In this document: piece by piece, positions 61,917-64,000 of the stretch
Position numbering within the stretch: position 1 is the first letter of the stretch
Layout of the letters: the number at the start of each line of letters is the position of its first letter
Source: Psilocybe cubensis
Taxonomy: Eukaryota
Length of the DNA: 64,000 nt
Direction of reading: 5' to 3'
Assembly (NCBI GenBank): GCA_017499595.2
Contig: CM039001.1
Span: forward strand, 2,232,001-2,296,000
Notes under the pieces: model-generated
Database searches by the model: none
Told to the model about the DNA's origin: nothing
Seen by the model: the letters and a program-made list of their open reading frames with translations, nothing else
Position numbers and translations under genes: made by a program

Positions 61917-63793
61917 ATGTCGGATCTGTATACTTCTCTGCAAGTTTCTCCTAGAAAGAAAAGATGCCCTCCTGAGCTGGATGATGGACTTACAATGACA
62001 CCCAAAAAGCTGAGAACCGCGTAAATCTTCCTTGAATTGTCGAAACCGCAAGCTTTACTGACGTCACGCAAGCCCTCCCACACCCCCACCCTCTAGCTCT
62101 CGTGTAAAAACCATCTCTCTAAAACAGACATTGCCACTCCCTCTGGCCCGTTTGTACAACATTCAAACGGCACTGCAGCATGCACTTTCGCATGCCCTAG
62201 CGACCTGCGCCATTTCGCCCACAACAGACTCCGGACATGTTAAGAATGTCTTAAATCATATCTCTCTGACAACATATACTGGCCTTTCTACGACTTTTGA
62301 TGTAGATGATCTGAAGCGCCTCTGCTGGTTATGGGAGTGGGATGGCAAATCTTCATGCAATACCAAACGATTGGAAAAGACTGAAGACGAAGATAACCCT
62401 TTTATAATGGATGCACCATCGGAGCCACCTCTGACAGATTGGTCTCGAGGATCAATGGGTATTATCATCACTCCCGCTACTCATTTTTCCAAAGTTGATC
62501 GCAAACGCGTTCCTGCCTATGGTATCGGTATAGAAGTTGAAATGGACATTGACAAAGACATGGGAGGGGGGATGGCTGCAGTGGCTCGCTGGACTGCTGG
62601 AGCTGAGACTCGACTGTCAGAGCTCTCCACAAAATTGAAGCGCTGGATAGAGGTAATGTCTTTGGACTTCGTAAACTTTGGCTTTCTTTCAACCTGTTAT
62701 CGCTTTTAGCTTAATGGCGACGCTGCTTCATTACCAGAAGTTCCTCTTGCCGACCTTCCTGAACTATCTGCTCCTAAAGTGTCTTCTCTTACACGCACTC
62801 TAGCTTCCTTCTCTCCTTCATCTGCTTCTTCATTACAGCTTCCTACGGTACCTTCATCTCCTTCCCGCTCACCTGTCAAAAAGACTGCCCGTGATTTGCC
62901 GATACATCCTCCCACTACCTTGTTGACCAAGTCCCCTTCCAAGAAGAACACTGTATTATTTCCACAAACACCGTCGCGACGTGACAGAAATATCTTTCCA
63001 AGTTCAGGCTCAGGACCGCCTCAGACTCCTTCAACGGCCGCTTCATCTCCATCCAAGGATTCCTTACCTTCCACCCCAGTCCGCCAACAGGGACCTGACA
63101 ATACTCCATTACAAACACCATCTACATCCCGTCGCCAAGCACTCTATGAGCGTGTCAGGCAGAGGTCCTTATCTATGTCTCCCACAAAGGCACCCCGTGA
63201 TGCTAATGGAAAAACCCCAACTCGAGATCAGATGTTGAAGATGTCACAAGATGAGTTAAGGAGAAGATGCCTTCTAGGACGACTGAGTGGCATCGCAGAA
63301 AGCATCTGGATGTAACTATCTTCAAAGCAGTTATCGTTATCTTTGTCATCTAACTTGCCCATCTAGGCTTTTCTCCAACCCGAGTAGTGGTGGTTCTTCA
63401 ACTCCTTCACGAAAAAGGCGTGCCCTACCTACTCGCGATGTTGTAACATCCATTGTCAAATCGTCTCCAGTGCCACTTTCAACCTCAGAGGCAAATGAAT
63501 CAATTACTATGCTAATTAAGCTCTGTCCATTCTTCTTGAAAAAGTTGGACATATCAGGGGACGATTGGCTGGAGATGCCTGCTCCCGTTTCAGCTACTGC
63601 TGCGAGCGCAGGAGATTTAGGCTCTCCCAGTAAGGTTGGACAGGCTGTTCCTTCCAGCCCTGGTCGGCTTAAGGGGAAAGATGAAAGCGCACAAGAATTG
63701 GTCAATCGTAGTCCCCGCCGAATCAAAAGAGAAATAGGTGGTCTACGTGAAGTTAGAGAAATTATTCGACGCGAGCTGGAACTCCAGGATTGA
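61917..63793 (+). CDS. CDT1: DNA replication licensing factor Cdt1-like protein
   Basis: Many S/T-P CDK-type sites; [13 protein letters not shown]-terminal winged-helix-like segment [29 protein letters not shown] typical of Cdt1_C. Confidence 0.75.
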
Positions 63794-64000
63794 TCTAAGT
63801 GCTTAATTTATGTACCTCGATACTTTTTTCTCGTAGCCATGTACTCAATTTATTGATTTGTCGAATGCAATAGCTTTTATTTTCTGGACAAGTGGCTACA
63901 TAATTATAAATATTGTGCGCGTGTTTTATGATATCTTCCTCTCAGTGGCACGAGGGAAACACCCGGTCTTCAATTGAATACTGCAGCTGCGGTCTTGTGT

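Overview
Intron-rich, gene-dense fungal DNA. Short GT-AG introns of about 50-65 nt and the gene content suggest an agaricomycete basidiomycete. Positions 1-41.9 kb carry about 20 conserved host genes: ALG8 3' end, RBG1, KCH1-like, VTI1, EMC3, NCS1/FRQ1, HSV2-like, ATE1, MET10, GH9, a Gfo/Idh/MocA oxidoreductase, a Herp/Usa1-like UBL protein, PKA-R, a FEN2-like MFS, YTP1-like, COQ2, RDI1 and two tandem CCCH zinc-finger paralogues. A CDT1-like gene lies at the right end. The dominant feature is a head-to-tail dimer of a 9,633-bp CMC/EnSpm(CACTA)-like DNA transposon (42477-52109 and 52112-61744), arranged TA-element-TA-element-TA and inserted about 170 bp upstream of CDT1. Each copy has CAC...GTG termini and TTGAG/CTCAA subterminal motifs. 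Each also has a multi-exon DDE transposase with the same in-frame TAG, a second uncharacterised multi-exon gene preceded by a paired ACGCGT (MCB-like) motif resembling the CDT1 promoter, and captured host-gene fragments (RUS1/DUF647-like and C2H2 zinc finger) bracketed by short direct repeats. Exon boundaries were read by eye; no database searches were run.
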